Source: Trypanosoma brucei (lineage: Eukaryota). From it: DNA of 64,000 nucleotides. Shown here one piece after another: positions 32,683 to 44,382 of this stretch. The stretch is taken from NCBI GenBank assembly GCA_000002445.1, contig CM000208.1:1696001-1760000 (forward strand), in the 5' to 3' direction. Position numbers and translations under genes: made by a program. Position 1 is the first letter of the stretch. Every line of letters begins with the position of its first letter. The notes under the pieces were generated by a model. It did no database searches, was not told where the DNA came from, and saw only the letters and a program-made list of their open reading frames with translations.

Positions 32683-34960
32683 TTGTGGACTACTTGCGTT
32701 GTGTAGTGTACTGGTAGCGGTTGCTTAATTACGAGGGAAACATGCTTGTTGCACATCTGTGTGGCTGGGGATGTGCTTGACCAATAATGATGATAACATC
32801 TGCGGCAGTGCTCGCGTGCACTTTAATTTATTTTTGTATGGGAAGAGTCACACACCATTTCTACCTTCCCTGCCTTCCGTGCTACAGTAGTTGTACCCGT
32901 TTCCGCTGTGCTGCAACCAATATGTTCATTTCACTATGCATTTCCAATACACACACACACACATGCACATACATTTTCCTTCTAGTATATGTACCGTAGC
33001 ACCACAACGAATGCCCACCACCCTTGTGAGAATGATGAGATTGCCATCATACTATTGGAAGACGAGTCTGAACCCTGATGCATTTTATCATGCGGCACTG
33101 ACGATCTTACATTGCGGTTAGTTGTGATCCCCTTGCCCATGTGTTTTTGTATGCTGCTTGCAGGAACGTGGCAGGCCACCGAGGTCACACTCGTGCTTCG
33201 CGTGGTTCAACAACATGGTCCCAGATTGTAGGTTCTTTGTTACTGGTGTGTATGATGAGAAACCTATTTTTATGTAACTCGGGAGAACTGAGCATATTAC
33301 CTGATGAGTAAACAATCAATCGTTAGATAGTAGCACTGATGTTACCTCTTGGTTTTATGTGTGTTGTAACTTTCCACTGTTGTCATTATCATCCCCTTTA
33401 ATAGCGAGTGGTCTTTGTGTGCATCTCCGCAAACCACTCGTCTACACCGGGGGAAAGATAAACGAGTGGAATGTTGTTAGTGTTGTGTGTCTGTGTCCGT
33501 CGTACTAGTAAAGGATGATGAGGATGCGGCCACCCCACGCGACGTGATGCGGTGTGTTGTTGACACTGCAGGCGTGTAGTTTCCCCTCCGCTGCCGTTGC
33601 AAAAGCAAACCCATTTTGGGCAACATACGCAGCCGCGCGCCACAAGACGCCTCCACCGCTCGACGGGGTGCCGCCATGACGCGGGTCCCGAGCCAAAGTC
33701 CCTCGCCCGAATTTCCGAAGGCAGTGAGTGCCTCGCGTGGGGAGACCTGCGCGCAGTAAAACCTCGTGCCGCTGGCGGTGCGGGGGCCACCGGCTGTGGT
33801 GGTTGATCCCCTCTGGTGGATCCCACAGCAGCAACTACGCGGGCCGTACTTTCGTCGGTGCGAGACTCCCCACCCGGTGGTATGAATGGCGGGCACCACT
33901 GAGTACACGTATAGCCATGAGCGGCATGTGCAGAAGAGGGCTTACAAAGGAGGCAGCGCGAGCGAGCGAATGGGTAACACTGGCGCGCTGCAGAGAAAGC
34001 AGCATCATTTCACCGCATCCGTTTGCGGGCGTGTGGTGCGCACCCGCTGACTCGCATATGCGTTCACATTCACCTCCTCCTTCTTTTCTCATTTTTATCC
34101 CCTACTTGAGAACAGATACAAACTACCCCACCTTGCCATACCCCTTCACACACCTATTATGTATTGTACCTGCACCATCACGTGATGAGCATTCAATTCA
34201 CATCGCGACACACCGATGATTCAAATGAGTGAGCTACGAATGGAATAAATTAAATCGAGAAAGAACAGCTGAGATGCCTACGTGCTTGTGCGCTTGTGCT
34301 ACTTCCCCTCTTGTAGTCCCCCTTCTATACCTGTGTCGTCGTCATTCCATCTTAATCGAAGGTGATGTCTGTTCCTGATGACGAGCACTCATTTCAAGCT
34401 GCGCGAGCATAAGCGTGTTGCTCCGTGGTCGGGTGACGTGCGAGACACCGCTCACACCCTATTACTGTGATGGGTGCCCACTAGCCTTGTGAGAATGATG
34501 AGATTGCCATCATACTATTGGAAGACGAGTCTGAACCCTGATGCATTTTATCATGCGGCACTGACGATCTTACATTGCGGTTAGTTGTGATCCCCTTGCC
34601 CATGTGTTTTTGTATGCTGCTTGCAGGAACGTGGCAGGCTACCGAGGTCACACTCGTGCTTCGCGTGGTTCAACAACATGGTCCCAGATTGTAGGTTCTT
34701 TGTTACTGGTGTGTATGATGAGAAACCTATTTTTATGTAACTCGGGAGAACTGAGCATATTACCTGATGAGTAAACAATCAATCGTTAGATAGTAGCACT
34801 GATGTTACCTCTTGGTTTTATGTGTGTTGTAACTTTCCACTGTTGTCATTATCATCCCCTTTAATAGCGAGTGGTCTTTGTGTGCATCTCCGCAAACCAC
34901 TCGTCTACACCAGGGGAAAGATAAACGAGTGGAATGTTGTTAGTGTTGTGTGTCTCTGTG
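32368..34960 (+). repeat. Segmental duplication copy 1: peptidase 3' fragment + direct repeat A (33012–33493) + GC-rich non-coding core B (33494–34467) + direct repeat A' (34468–34953)
   Basis: The block is repeated at 42103–44343 at roughly 99% identity; the ORF track shows matching spurious ORFs at 32380/42115, 33398/43133, 33728/43463 and so on. A and A' are ~99% identical to each other (spurious ORFs 33118–33315 and 34581–34778 differ by 1 aa). Confidence 0.9.
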
Positions 34961-35599
34961 CTTTGAGTTGCCTCCGGTGTTCTTAACCTCAGACTCTGCT
35001 CTTACAGTTTCCGGTTTATCGTTTTTTTTCCTTTTGCCTTCATGTAAATATCTTTTTTTTTATCCTCTTGTGTGAACTTTGTACGGATGCTTTCCATCAC
35101 GGTACAACATAAGTGAGGTGTGTATTTTGTGATGTAATGTGGTTCTCGCGAGTGACGACTGGCCGTTGACCGGTTTGATCATAATAGCGAGTACATTAGC
35201 GCTTCATGATGTTTGTCTTTGCCCTGACGGTGTGGCACTGCAGAACGGGACAAGCTAACGTATCTGTGCTATGTTTTTGTCTGTACGTGCATATAAGATT
35301 TGTTTACCCGACGTTATATATTTGTTTGTGTTCGTTATTGTACACGTGTCTCTTCGCTGCTTGCACGATCCTCTTGCTACAAGAGCGGACGACCGTAGCT
35401 GCATCGGTAATAACTCCAACTGCTTTACCTCACTTTTCTGTTCCTTGTGTGGTAAGCAAACTGGCAAAGGTCTTAGCGGTTCGTGTGATTAGCAACGAAT
35501 CAGTAGCGATAGCCACCACCGTATCGTTTCGAATAGACACACGGCGAAAGGTGAAGGGACGTGTGTTACATTGAGTAAAATTGCAGAGGCACAGTATCG

Positions 35600-36685
35600 T
35601 TGATTATGTCGGCCGGATCTCGTGGCCCACTTTCCCTGCTCATTGCCCGTGAACGTGATGCCAATGGTGTGAATGGCGATGTGAATGCAACGGCTGGACG
35701 CCTGCGTGACCGATACGATGGGAAGGGTGCCTCCGCCAGTGAGCGACGGCAGGATGCGACATCGCTGACCAACGAGTACTACGATATCGTTACAGATTTC
35801 TATGAATACGGTTGGGGGCAAAACTTCCACTTTGCTCCTCGGTACATGAATGAGACGTTCTACGAATCACTCGCACGGTATGAGTACTTTCTTGCGTACC
35901 ATGCTCAGTTCAAACCGACGGACACTGTGCTAGACGTTGGCTGCGGGATTGGTGGGCCAGCACGAAACATGGTACGGTTCACATCGTGCAACGTGATGGG
36001 TGTAAATAATAATGAGTATCAAATAAATCGCGCGCGGCAGCACGATTCCCGCTACGGGATGAGCGGTAAAATTAACTACACTAAGACCGACTTCTGTAAC
36101 ATGTGCTTTGGCGACAACGAGTTCGACGGAGCATACGCCATCGAGGCGACATGCCACTCAGAGAGTAAGGTAAAGTGCTATAGTGAAGTGTTTCGCGCTA
36201 TCAAACCTGGTGCCTACTTTATGCTGTACGAGTGGTGTTTGACGGACCTGTATGACCCGGCAAATGAGGAACACCAGCGTGTCCGGCATGGTATCGAACT
36301 TGGCGACGGTCTTCCTGAACTCGACACGATGCGGCAGGTTGTCGCAGCGGTAAAGGCCGCCGGTTTCGTTGTGGAAGAGAGCTTTGACATGGCGGAACGA
36401 TTCGAAAGTGGCGAGCCGAAGAGCGTCCCGTGGTATGAGCCACTGCAGGGGAGTTACACGTCGCTGAGTGGACTTCGGGCGACCCCTGCAGGGCGCTGGT
36501 TGACGAGTGTAACATGTCGTTTGCTCGAGGCTGTGCGCCTCGCACCGGCAGGTACATGTAAGGCGACAGAGATCCTCGAAGAAGGAGCGGTGAACCTTGT
36601 CAAGGGGGGCGAACTTGGGATATTCACGCCATCCTTCTTTGTGAAGGCGCGTAAACCGCGTCTTGGGGAAGAGCTGTCGTGCTAA
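35600..36685 (+). CDS. SMT: Sterol 24-C-methyltransferase (ERG6/SMT)
   Basis: 'YYDIVTDFYEYGWGQNFHFAP' is an SMT hallmark. The SAM-binding motif I 'VLDVGCGIGGP' and the sterol-MT C-terminal domain (YEWCLTDLYDP, ...GDGLPEL) are both present. Length is 361 aa. Confidence 0.9.
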   Translation: MIMSAGSRGPLSLLIARERDANGVNGDVNATAGRLRDRYDGKGASASERRQDATSLTNEYYDIVTDFYEYGWGQNFHFAPRYMNETFYESLARYEYFLAYHAQFKPTDTVLDVGCGIGGPARNMVRFTSCNVMGVNNNEYQINRARQHDSRYGMSGKINYTKTDFCNMCFGDNEFDGAYAIEATCHSESKVKCYSEVFRAIKPGAYFMLYEWCLTDLYDPANEEHQRVRHGIELGDGLPELDTMRQVVAAVKAAGFVVEESFDMAERFESGEPKSVPWYEPLQGSYTSLSGLRATPAGRWLTSVTCRLLEAVRLAPAGTCKATEILEEGAVNLVKGGELGIFTPSFFVKARKPRLGEELSC

Positions 36686-38147
36686 CTGTGGCCGGGGACT
36701 ATTGGTGTTTTCTTTAGAGGGTAGCAGTCTCATTTGCTCCATATGTGAGAGTGCCCTTCAGCTTCATCTCGGCACAGAGGCCGCACGCTGTGAAGTAGTG
36801 CTTGTTTGGCAGGAAGGGGAGCGGTCAGTTTTGTTGCGGTCGACGTGGTGGTGGGTGTAACCGCTGTACGTATCAGTTAGCGTATTTTTAACCATATATT
36901 CCCCCTATTTCTCTATACTGTGAAGCACACACGTGCGCGGACACACTAATTATTATACGCACGCATATACGAGGCGTTACGGTGTATCGCGTTCCACCAC
37001 TTGCGCGTGACGGGACCCTTTGATCGTATTTAAATGCTGGTGTCTTCCACATACTCCTTCCTTCAGTCTGCCTTCAACTCCGGTGAGGCGGCTGTGACTT
37101 GCGTGAATGCGAGTGAGAGTGTGTTATGAACAGCAACGGACGGAATGAAGTTACTTGCATCCTGGTCAATACTGGACAGATGTGTGCCGATGTTCCGGCC
37201 TCGCCCCGGGTGTGGGTCGTTGACGGCACGAGTGGACGGGCGTGCCGCCGCCATTTGCGTGTCTTCCTTGTTCTTAATTTTCTCCGTTATTTTATATTTA
37301 TTTGTTAGCAATGGATTTCGGTGGTGATCGGTACGCGCGCGAACGAATATGTAATCCGCTGTTATTATTTGTTTTTGTTTTCGTTTTATTTTACCGGACG
37401 CACGGTGAGAGTGGTATGGCTGCGTTCTACACCCCACGATGTGTGAAAACGATATGCAGACCTGAACAGCTTTGCGGTGCGAAGTCCTGCAGCTCACCTA
37501 TGACTGTTGGTAGGCGTACGCACGGTTGTAAAAGTGTCACAAGGTTTGTTTATCGTGGCGGAGTCGATGGTAGAACGACCGCAGCGTGCCTTCGGCCATT
37601 TGCGTCATTGTGCATGCTTGGGTGGGCATGAGAGGTGTGAGTCCTCTTGGGGAGACGTGTGCTTGGCAGAGGCCTCTCTGCAATGAATTTACCAACAGTG
37701 TTATTTTCCCGTAGGTTTTGAGCCCTGTTGCACTTCTCTGACCGGCTTTCATCCCCTTAACCGCTACCCTCTTCCGTTTTGTAACTGAATCAGTATGTGT
37801 GCAGCACCATCTACATGGATCTGGTGTCTGTATATTCACACATATGCTTCCTTCCTCCTAATTGTTGATTGTTCTTCCGTTTGCGGGGTGGCATTTGGCT
37901 ATTGGGTGTGAAACACCGTGCCCGCAAGTATGTTGCTGATTTTTTCCCAACTACCTGCACCCTATTCAAACTGTTCTTTTCTGTTACTTTTCCATATGCT
38001 CCCTTTGTAGCCATTGAACGGTAAGCGTAAACAGCGTTGGCGCGTGCTTCCTCCAGAATCATTTATCTAATAAGGTCGGGGGTGTGAAGAAACATAAGTG
38101 GTTACTGACCCTTAACGCAGTGTCTTTGCAGTGAGCCTCACTGAAGC

Positions 38148-39110
38148 ATGGTAACACCCGAGCAAGCTGCCCTTATCGAGGGGGCGTTCCGTTCGATGGA
38201 CCGTGACGGTACGGGGCTGGTGCGACTTGAGGATATTTTCCGTGTCTTCGATGACTCGAGACATCCTCGTGTTCGCGACGGTGAGCTGGCTCCAGCAGCG
38301 ACGCGTGACATGCTGATGCACCAGTTTGGCGCAACCGCGCAGGCACACGGTGGCGTCTCGTTTGATGTGTTCATGCGCTTCCACGAACGTATGGCCGAAG
38401 ATGCAGCTGTTGCGAAGGTGAATGATAAAGAGTTGTTCCTCACGGACACCATAATTGGTGTCTGGCGCCTGGGCACGCTCCTTCAACCGACCCTCATTCG
38501 ACCTCTCTTTCCCGTTAATGTTCGTCCAAGCGGATTATACGCAACTCAGTACATGTCACTTGTGTGGGTAGACGAAGTCGCTGGTCCGGGGTCGTTCGTT
38601 GTACACGTCGTTCGCGATGTTGTGCGGCCGATATTCTCCCGGGGTGACCTACCGCCACAGTTACGTGGCATGTTCGCCTACCCGACAGAACTTGCAGGCA
38701 TGAAGATTATCGAGGAGCGCTTGCAGATCGCCACCCAACGATGGCTGGACTTTGTGTGGGAATACGAAGAAGGCAAGCACGCTGCCGTTCCTGGCATTAT
38801 ATCGGCTCGCGTCGATCCCGATACGCTTCCACAGTACCTCCGTGACATGATTGTGGAACATGATGTGGCAAAAGCGATACCTTCGCTGTTCTTTGTGCCA
38901 ACATCTGTGGCTGTTAACCCCATGTACAAGCGTTCAAGCGAGGAGTATGGCTACGGAGTTCCTGAAGAAGTAAAGCGTATGAGCAGGTGGAAGGACCTTA
39001 CCTATTCTGGTCAGGCGTGTGGGCTGATATACCATGGCCGCGTGGGAAAGTTCACAAGGGAACGGCTGAACGCGCCCGTACAGGATGTGGCTAGTGCAAT
39101 GAACATTTGA
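38148..39110 (+). CDS. Hypothetical protein with one N-terminal EF-hand-like loop
   Basis: This is a 320-aa ORF. 'FRSMDRDGTGLVRLEDIFRVFD' fits the EF-hand loop pattern (DxDGxGxIxxxE). The remainder is unrecognised. Confidence 0.4.
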   Translation: MVTPEQAALIEGAFRSMDRDGTGLVRLEDIFRVFDDSRHPRVRDGELAPAATRDMLMHQFGATAQAHGGVSFDVFMRFHERMAEDAAVAKVNDKELFLTDTIIGVWRLGTLLQPTLIRPLFPVNVRPSGLYATQYMSLVWVDEVAGPGSFVVHVVRDVVRPIFSRGDLPPQLRGMFAYPTELAGMKIIEERLQIATQRWLDFVWEYEEGKHAAVPGIISARVDPDTLPQYLRDMIVEHDVAKAIPSLFFVPTSVAVNPMYKRSSEEYGYGVPEEVKRMSRWKDLTYSGQACGLIYHGRVGKFTRERLNAPVQDVASAMNI

Positions 39111-39864
39111 GGGACGCAATTCCGCTTTCCAACGTTTTGTTGCTTATGTATATGCTGGTTGCGGTGGTGTGTGTAATTTCCATTCGCTTATACACGGGCC
39201 GCTTGGTTGCTTTGGGAGAGACGGTTGACTTTCTTTACCGTGATGTTGCCCGCCGTTATAGTAACCCTACATTTTTCAATTGTTGTACCCTTCTGTTTTT
39301 ACCCCGCCATTATTTTAGTACCCATGCTATTGAGAGTTTTACTGGAATGGGAGTAATGGGGAAGTGTAGCTTAATATTTCTATACTTTCTCAAAAAATGA
39401 TGGACGTATTTGATTGATGTAGTGTCGATTTACATTGTGCCATTGCCGCGGTTTTATGAGCTGATCACAATCCCATTGTTTGTAGGTTGTGGAAGACCAG
39501 CGGCGGTCAGACAAAGGCGGTCGATGGTGGAACTCGTGGGCATGTCTACGGGTTGTGTAGTACGTGGGTGCGCAAGTGGGCATTACTCGTTGTTCTTATA
39601 CTTTGTGTTCTACCTTTGTGAAGTATGCCCCTTAAACAGCTTACCTGTAGCTCTATGCATCTATAGCTGTCAGTTCGCCACCCTTGCCAGCTTGGTGTGA
39701 GCATCTTTTCTTACTTGCAACAGCTTGTGTCTTGCGTTTTTCCTCTAACCTCCGCATCCCTAACCCTTAATGAGTGGGTATCTACTTTTTTGTTTTTAGT
39801 AACGAGCTTCATCACCTAGAAATAGTCCACCTCACGTAGTCAGTCAGGAAGAGAGGGGTGTAAA

Positions 39865-42417
39865 ATGCCGACCTTGCCTTTGTCGAAATATATTGATGAA
39901 CTAAAAGCTCTTGAGGGGCTCCTCGCTGTAGATGGGAAGCCTCGTATGTTGAAGTTTGTTGGTGATCAGCTGTATTGGCTGCAGGGTATGGATCAGGAAC
40001 TTTACAGTGTAAATATTGCAGATCACAACGCAACCCCGAGTCGCGTCATTGATCGCTGTCGGAAAGGTTGCACAGCTGCAGAAGGCAAGGAAGGTTCCAC
40101 TGTTGAGACAAAGGAGGAGGAGTTGCTGCGGGAGCGGCTGCGATCTCGCGTGACGGGCATCAGCAGCTACCGTGTACGGTGCAGGGACGGTGCTGTTTTC
40201 TTCACAAGTGGAGCAAACATATTTCTATACCGCCCCGCAAGCGGCAAACCACCGCTGAAAGTACTTGACTATATCGGTGATGAGGAACTGAAGCAACGCT
40301 TCTCCTCAGAGAAGAAACCATTTCTCTGCATTGAATACTTTTCCCACTTGGCGAATGATGCGGGTGCATGTGATTCAACCAAGGAGCGTGCCGACGTGAT
40401 CTCTTTTGTGTACAGCAATAACTTGTATATTGCGACCGTTGTGGAAGGTAGTGGTGAGGCCAGCCACTCAAGGGAACCACCCTTGAGGGTGAATGTGGAA
40501 TGCGTGACAACTTTCGGCGACGAGTTACACAGTTGTGGGGACGCCGACTACATTATCCAGGAGGAATTCGGTCGTTACACCGGGCACTACGCCACAGCTG
40601 AATATGTGCTGTTCAGCTATACAGACGTGTCCATGCTGCGCGAGGTGATGCTAATTGACGGTTCGACTGACTCTGGTGTGGAAAAGATGCCGTACTGCCG
40701 TGTTGGTGACCCGAATGCCCGCACTGTGCTCGTAGTGTACGAAAGGCGGACAAAGCGTTATCGTGTTGTCCCGAGCAGTGCTATTGCAGCCATTGCACCG
40801 TGGGCGGAGTACATGCCTCGGTTTGGGTTTAAGGACGAACACACCATTTACTTTTCTGTTCTCAGTCGCACGCAGGAGAAAATGTCTCTCCTTTCGTGCC
40901 GTATTAACTCTCTACCTGTTGTTGATGCGGAAGCACTTGCATCGTGCTTTTCCGAAGCAGCGCGTGACACTGATGTCGCAGCGGTGGCTGCAGGAACAAC
41001 ACTGGCTACCCGTGCGGCGACAGTCAATCTCACCACAGAGTGGCACCAGCATATACCGTGGGCATGGGTAGATGTCCAACCCGGTGTCGCACTTCACCTT
41101 TGCGGCAAGTATGAAGTGCTCGTTCGCCACGCCAATGAGAGTGAGAGTGCGCACAGTCATGTGTACGCCCGTGCTCAAGGGGGTGATGAGGGTTCGTGGC
41201 GACCACTTACCTGTGGCGCTTGGAACGTGAGAGCTGGAGGCCTTATAGTGAAGGACGACAGGGTTTTCTTCCTTGCTAATGCAAGAAACAGGCTGGAGAG
41301 TGTGCTATACAGCGTTGTGATAAACCTGGATGCAGGTCCTGTTTCTGCCGAGGAGCTGACACAGCTAACACCCTCCGGCGAGCACGTGTACTCTTTCGCA
41401 GTGTTGAACAATACACTTTGCTATGTGTCGAGCACTGCGACCACACCAGCAGAGCTTCACATCTCCTCAATAAACAACCCTGGAAGCCGCTGGGTCGTTC
41501 CGACGCGGCATCTGTGGGATGATACCAGCGAAAAGGCAGTCACCCCACGTACAACGCTCGAGGGACTCACCGTCCCGCACATTATCAACATCGTGAACCG
41601 CCGTGGTGTTCCACTCAGTGGCCGACTGTTTGTATCTCCTCACGCGGCACTAGGTAAGCTGAACCCTTTAGCAATGTATATCTATGGTGGTCCCCACGCA
41701 CAACTCGTGTACGACAGTGACTTCGACGGTGCCTGCAAGCCAATTTTCCAGATGCTGGCGAGCTTTGGTATATCCGTACTTGTCGCTGACGGTCAAATGA
41801 GCAATGCGAATGGCCTACGGGACCATAGCATCTGCAAGCACAGCATGGGGAGCTTTGAGACCTCCGATTACGTGGATTGGGTGCGGCACATGACAAACTG
41901 CAAGGAACTACCGTGTGGGTTTTGTGCGGATCCTGAACGGGTTGCCATCTTCGGCTGGTCGTATGGAGGTTATGCAACACTGCTTGCAATGTCGCAGGCT
42001 CCAGATGTGTTTAAGATAGGGTTTGCAGGGGCACCTGTGGGGGATTGGACTCTCTATGACACTGGATACACAGAGCGCTATATGGGTCTGCTGCACACCA
42101 ACGCTGATGGAACATCAGGCAGCAAGGGTGACGCTACTGCCAAATGCGCCATAAGTGATGCCTACACGAGGAGTGCCATTAAGGCTTTTGCCTCCAACTT
42201 TCCAGAGGAACTGAACCGCGTTTTCATAGCCCATGGGTTGCTTGACGAGAACGTTCACTTCTGTCACACGAGCGTTGTGGTTAATGCCATGATCGACGCG
42301 GGCAAACCGTGCTGCAGCGTTGTTTACCCTGGTGAGCGCCACTCCCTTCGGAAGAAGAAGGCATCGCGACTACACCATGACGCGATGCTCGCAAAGACAC
42401 TTATGGAGGTGCTTTAA
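39865..42417 (+). CDS. Dipeptidyl-peptidase 8-like serine peptidase (prolyl oligopeptidase family S9, alpha/beta-hydrolase C-terminal domain)
   Basis: This 850-aa ORF has a beta-propeller-like N-terminal two thirds and a C-terminal catalytic domain. The catalytic domain carries the nucleophile elbow 'IFGWSYGGYATLLAMSQ' (GWSYGG), a downstream Asp (HGLLDENVHFCHT) and a His (PGERHSL) in the S9 order Ser–Asp–His. Confidence 0.8.
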   Translation: MPTLPLSKYIDELKALEGLLAVDGKPRMLKFVGDQLYWLQGMDQELYSVNIADHNATPSRVIDRCRKGCTAAEGKEGSTVETKEEELLRERLRSRVTGISSYRVRCRDGAVFFTSGANIFLYRPASGKPPLKVLDYIGDEELKQRFSSEKKPFLCIEYFSHLANDAGACDSTKERADVISFVYSNNLYIATVVEGSGEASHSREPPLRVNVECVTTFGDELHSCGDADYIIQEEFGRYTGHYATAEYVLFSYTDVSMLREVMLIDGSTDSGVEKMPYCRVGDPNARTVLVVYERRTKRYRVVPSSAIAAIAPWAEYMPRFGFKDEHTIYFSVLSRTQEKMSLLSCRINSLPVVDAEALASCFSEAARDTDVAAVAAGTTLATRAATVNLTTEWHQHIPWAWVDVQPGVALHLCGKYEVLVRHANESESAHSHVYARAQGGDEGSWRPLTCGAWNVRAGGLIVKDDRVFFLANARNRLESVLYSVVINLDAGPVSAEELTQLTPSGEHVYSFAVLNNTLCYVSSTATTPAELHISSINNPGSRWVVPTRHLWDDTSEKAVTPRTTLEGLTVPHIINIVNRRGVPLSGRLFVSPHAALGKLNPLAMYIYGGPHAQLVYDSDFDGACKPIFQMLASFGISVLVADGQMSNANGLRDHSICKHSMGSFETSDYVDWVRHMTNCKELPCGFCADPERVAIFGWSYGGYATLLAMSQAPDVFKIGFAGAPVGDWTLYDTGYTERYMGLLHTNADGTSGSKGDATAKCAISDAYTRSAIKAFASNFPEELNRVFIAHGLLDENVHFCHTSVVVNAMIDAGKPCCSVVYPGERHSLRKKKASRLHHDAMLAKTLMEVL

Positions 42418-44343
42418 TTGTGGACTACTTGCGTTGTGTAGTGTACTGGTAGCGGTTGCTTAATTACGAGGGAAACATGCTTGTTGCACATCTGTGTGGC
42501 TGGGGATGTGTTTGACCAATAATGATGATAACATCTGCGGCAGTGCTCGCGTGCACTTTAATTTATTTTTGTATGGGAAGAGTCACACACCATTTCTACC
42601 TTCCCTGCCTTCCGTGCTACAGTAGTTGTACCCGTTTCCGCTGTGCTGCAACCAATATGTTCATTTCACTATGCATTTCCAATACACACACACACACATG
42701 CACATACATTTTCCTTCTAGTATATGTACCGTAGCACCACAACGAATGCCCACCACCCTTGTGAGAATGATGAGATTGCCATCATACTATTGGAAGACGA
42801 GTCTGAACCCTGATGCATTTTATCATGCGGCACTGACGATCTTACATTGCGGTTAGTTGTGATCCCCTTGCCCATGTGTTTTTGTATGCTGCTTGCAGGA
42901 ACGTGGCAGGCTACCGAGGTCACACTCGTGCTTCGCGTGGTTCAACAACATGGTCCCAGATTGTAGGTTCTTTGTTACTGGTGTGTATGATGAGAAACCT
43001 ATTTTTATGTAACTCGGGAGAACTGAGCATATTACCTGATGAGTAAACAATCAATCGTTAGATAGTAGCACTGATGTTACCTCTTGGTTTTATGTGTGTT
43101 GTAACTTTCCACTGTTGTCATTATCATCCCCTTTAATAGCGAGTGGTCTTTGTGTGCATCTCCGCAAACCACTCGTCTACACCGGGGGAAAGATAAACGA
43201 GTGGAATGTTGTTAGTGTTGTGTGTCTGTGTCCGTCGTACTAGTAAAGGATGATGAGGATGCGGCCACCCCACGCGACGTGATGCGGTGTGTTGTTGACA
43301 CTGCAGGCGTGTAGTTTCCCCTCCGCTGCCGTTGCAAAAGCAAACCCATTTTGGGCAACATACGCAGCCGCGCGCCACAAGACGCCTCCACCGCTCGACG
43401 GGGTGCCGCCATGACGCGGGTCCCGAGCCAAAGTCCCTCGCCCGAATTTCCGAAGGCAGTGAGTGCCTCGCGTGGGGAGACCTGCGCGCAGTAAAACCTC
43501 GTGCCGCTGGCGGTGCGGGGGCCACCGGCTGTGGTGGTTGATCCCCTCTGGTGGATCCCACAGCAGCAACTACGCGGGCCGTACTTTCGTCGGTGCGAGA
43601 CTCCCCACCCGGTGGTATGAATGGCGGGCACCACTGAGTACACGTATAGCCATGAGCGGCATGTGCAGAAGAGGGCTTACAAAGGAGGCAGCGCGAGCGA
43701 GCGAATGGGTAACACTGGCGCGCTGCAGAGAAAGCATCATCATTTCACCGCATCCGTTTGCGGGCGTGTGGTGCGCACCCGCTGACTCGCATATGCGTTC
43801 ACATTCACCTCCTCCTTCTTTTCTCATTTTTATCCCCTACTTGAGAACAGATACAAACTACCCCACCTTGCCATACCCCTTCACACGCCTATTATGTATT
43901 GTACCTGCACCATCACGTGATGAGCATTCAATTCACATCGCGACACACCGATGATTCAAATGAGTGAGCTACGAATGGAATAAATTAAATCGAGAAAGAA
44001 CAGCTGAGATGCCTACGTGCTTGTGCGCTTGTGCTACTTCCCCTCTTGTAGTCCCCCTTCTATACCTGTGTCGTCGTCATTCCATCTTAATCGAAGGTGA
44101 TGTCTGTTCCTGATGACGAGCACTCATTTCAAGCTGCGCGAGCATAAGCGTGTTGCTCCGTGGTCGGGTGACGTGCGAGACACCGCTCACACCCTATTAC
44201 TGTGATGGGTGCCCACTAGCCTTGTGAGAATGATGAGATTGCCATCATACTATTGGAAGACGAGTCTGAACCCTGATGCATTTTATCATGCGGCACTGAC
44301 GATCTTACATTGCGGTTAGTTGTGATCCCCTTGCCCATGTGTT
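42103..44343 (+). repeat. Segmental duplication copy 2: intact peptidase 3' end + A (42747–43228) + GC-rich core B (43229–44202) + truncated A' (44203–44343)
   Basis: This is a near-identical copy of 32368–34608, offset by 9735 bp. Similarity to copy 1 ends at ~44343, where unique sequence ('ttttatctctttgtgttttttttt') begins. Confidence 0.9.
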
Positions 44344-44382
44344 TTATCTCTTTGTGTTTTTTTTTGACATTAGTTTGTACGC

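Noticed and set aside
33398-34219. ORFs of 140–163 aa on both strands inside the duplicated GC-rich core (33398–33826 and 33477–33908 on the minus strand, 33728–34219 on the plus strand, and their copies at 43133–43954)
   Set aside because: They overlap one another in different frames. Their Arg/Pro/Gly/Ala-rich composition is what GC-rich non-coding DNA yields when translated, and there is no motif. I treat this as a non-coding repeat core.
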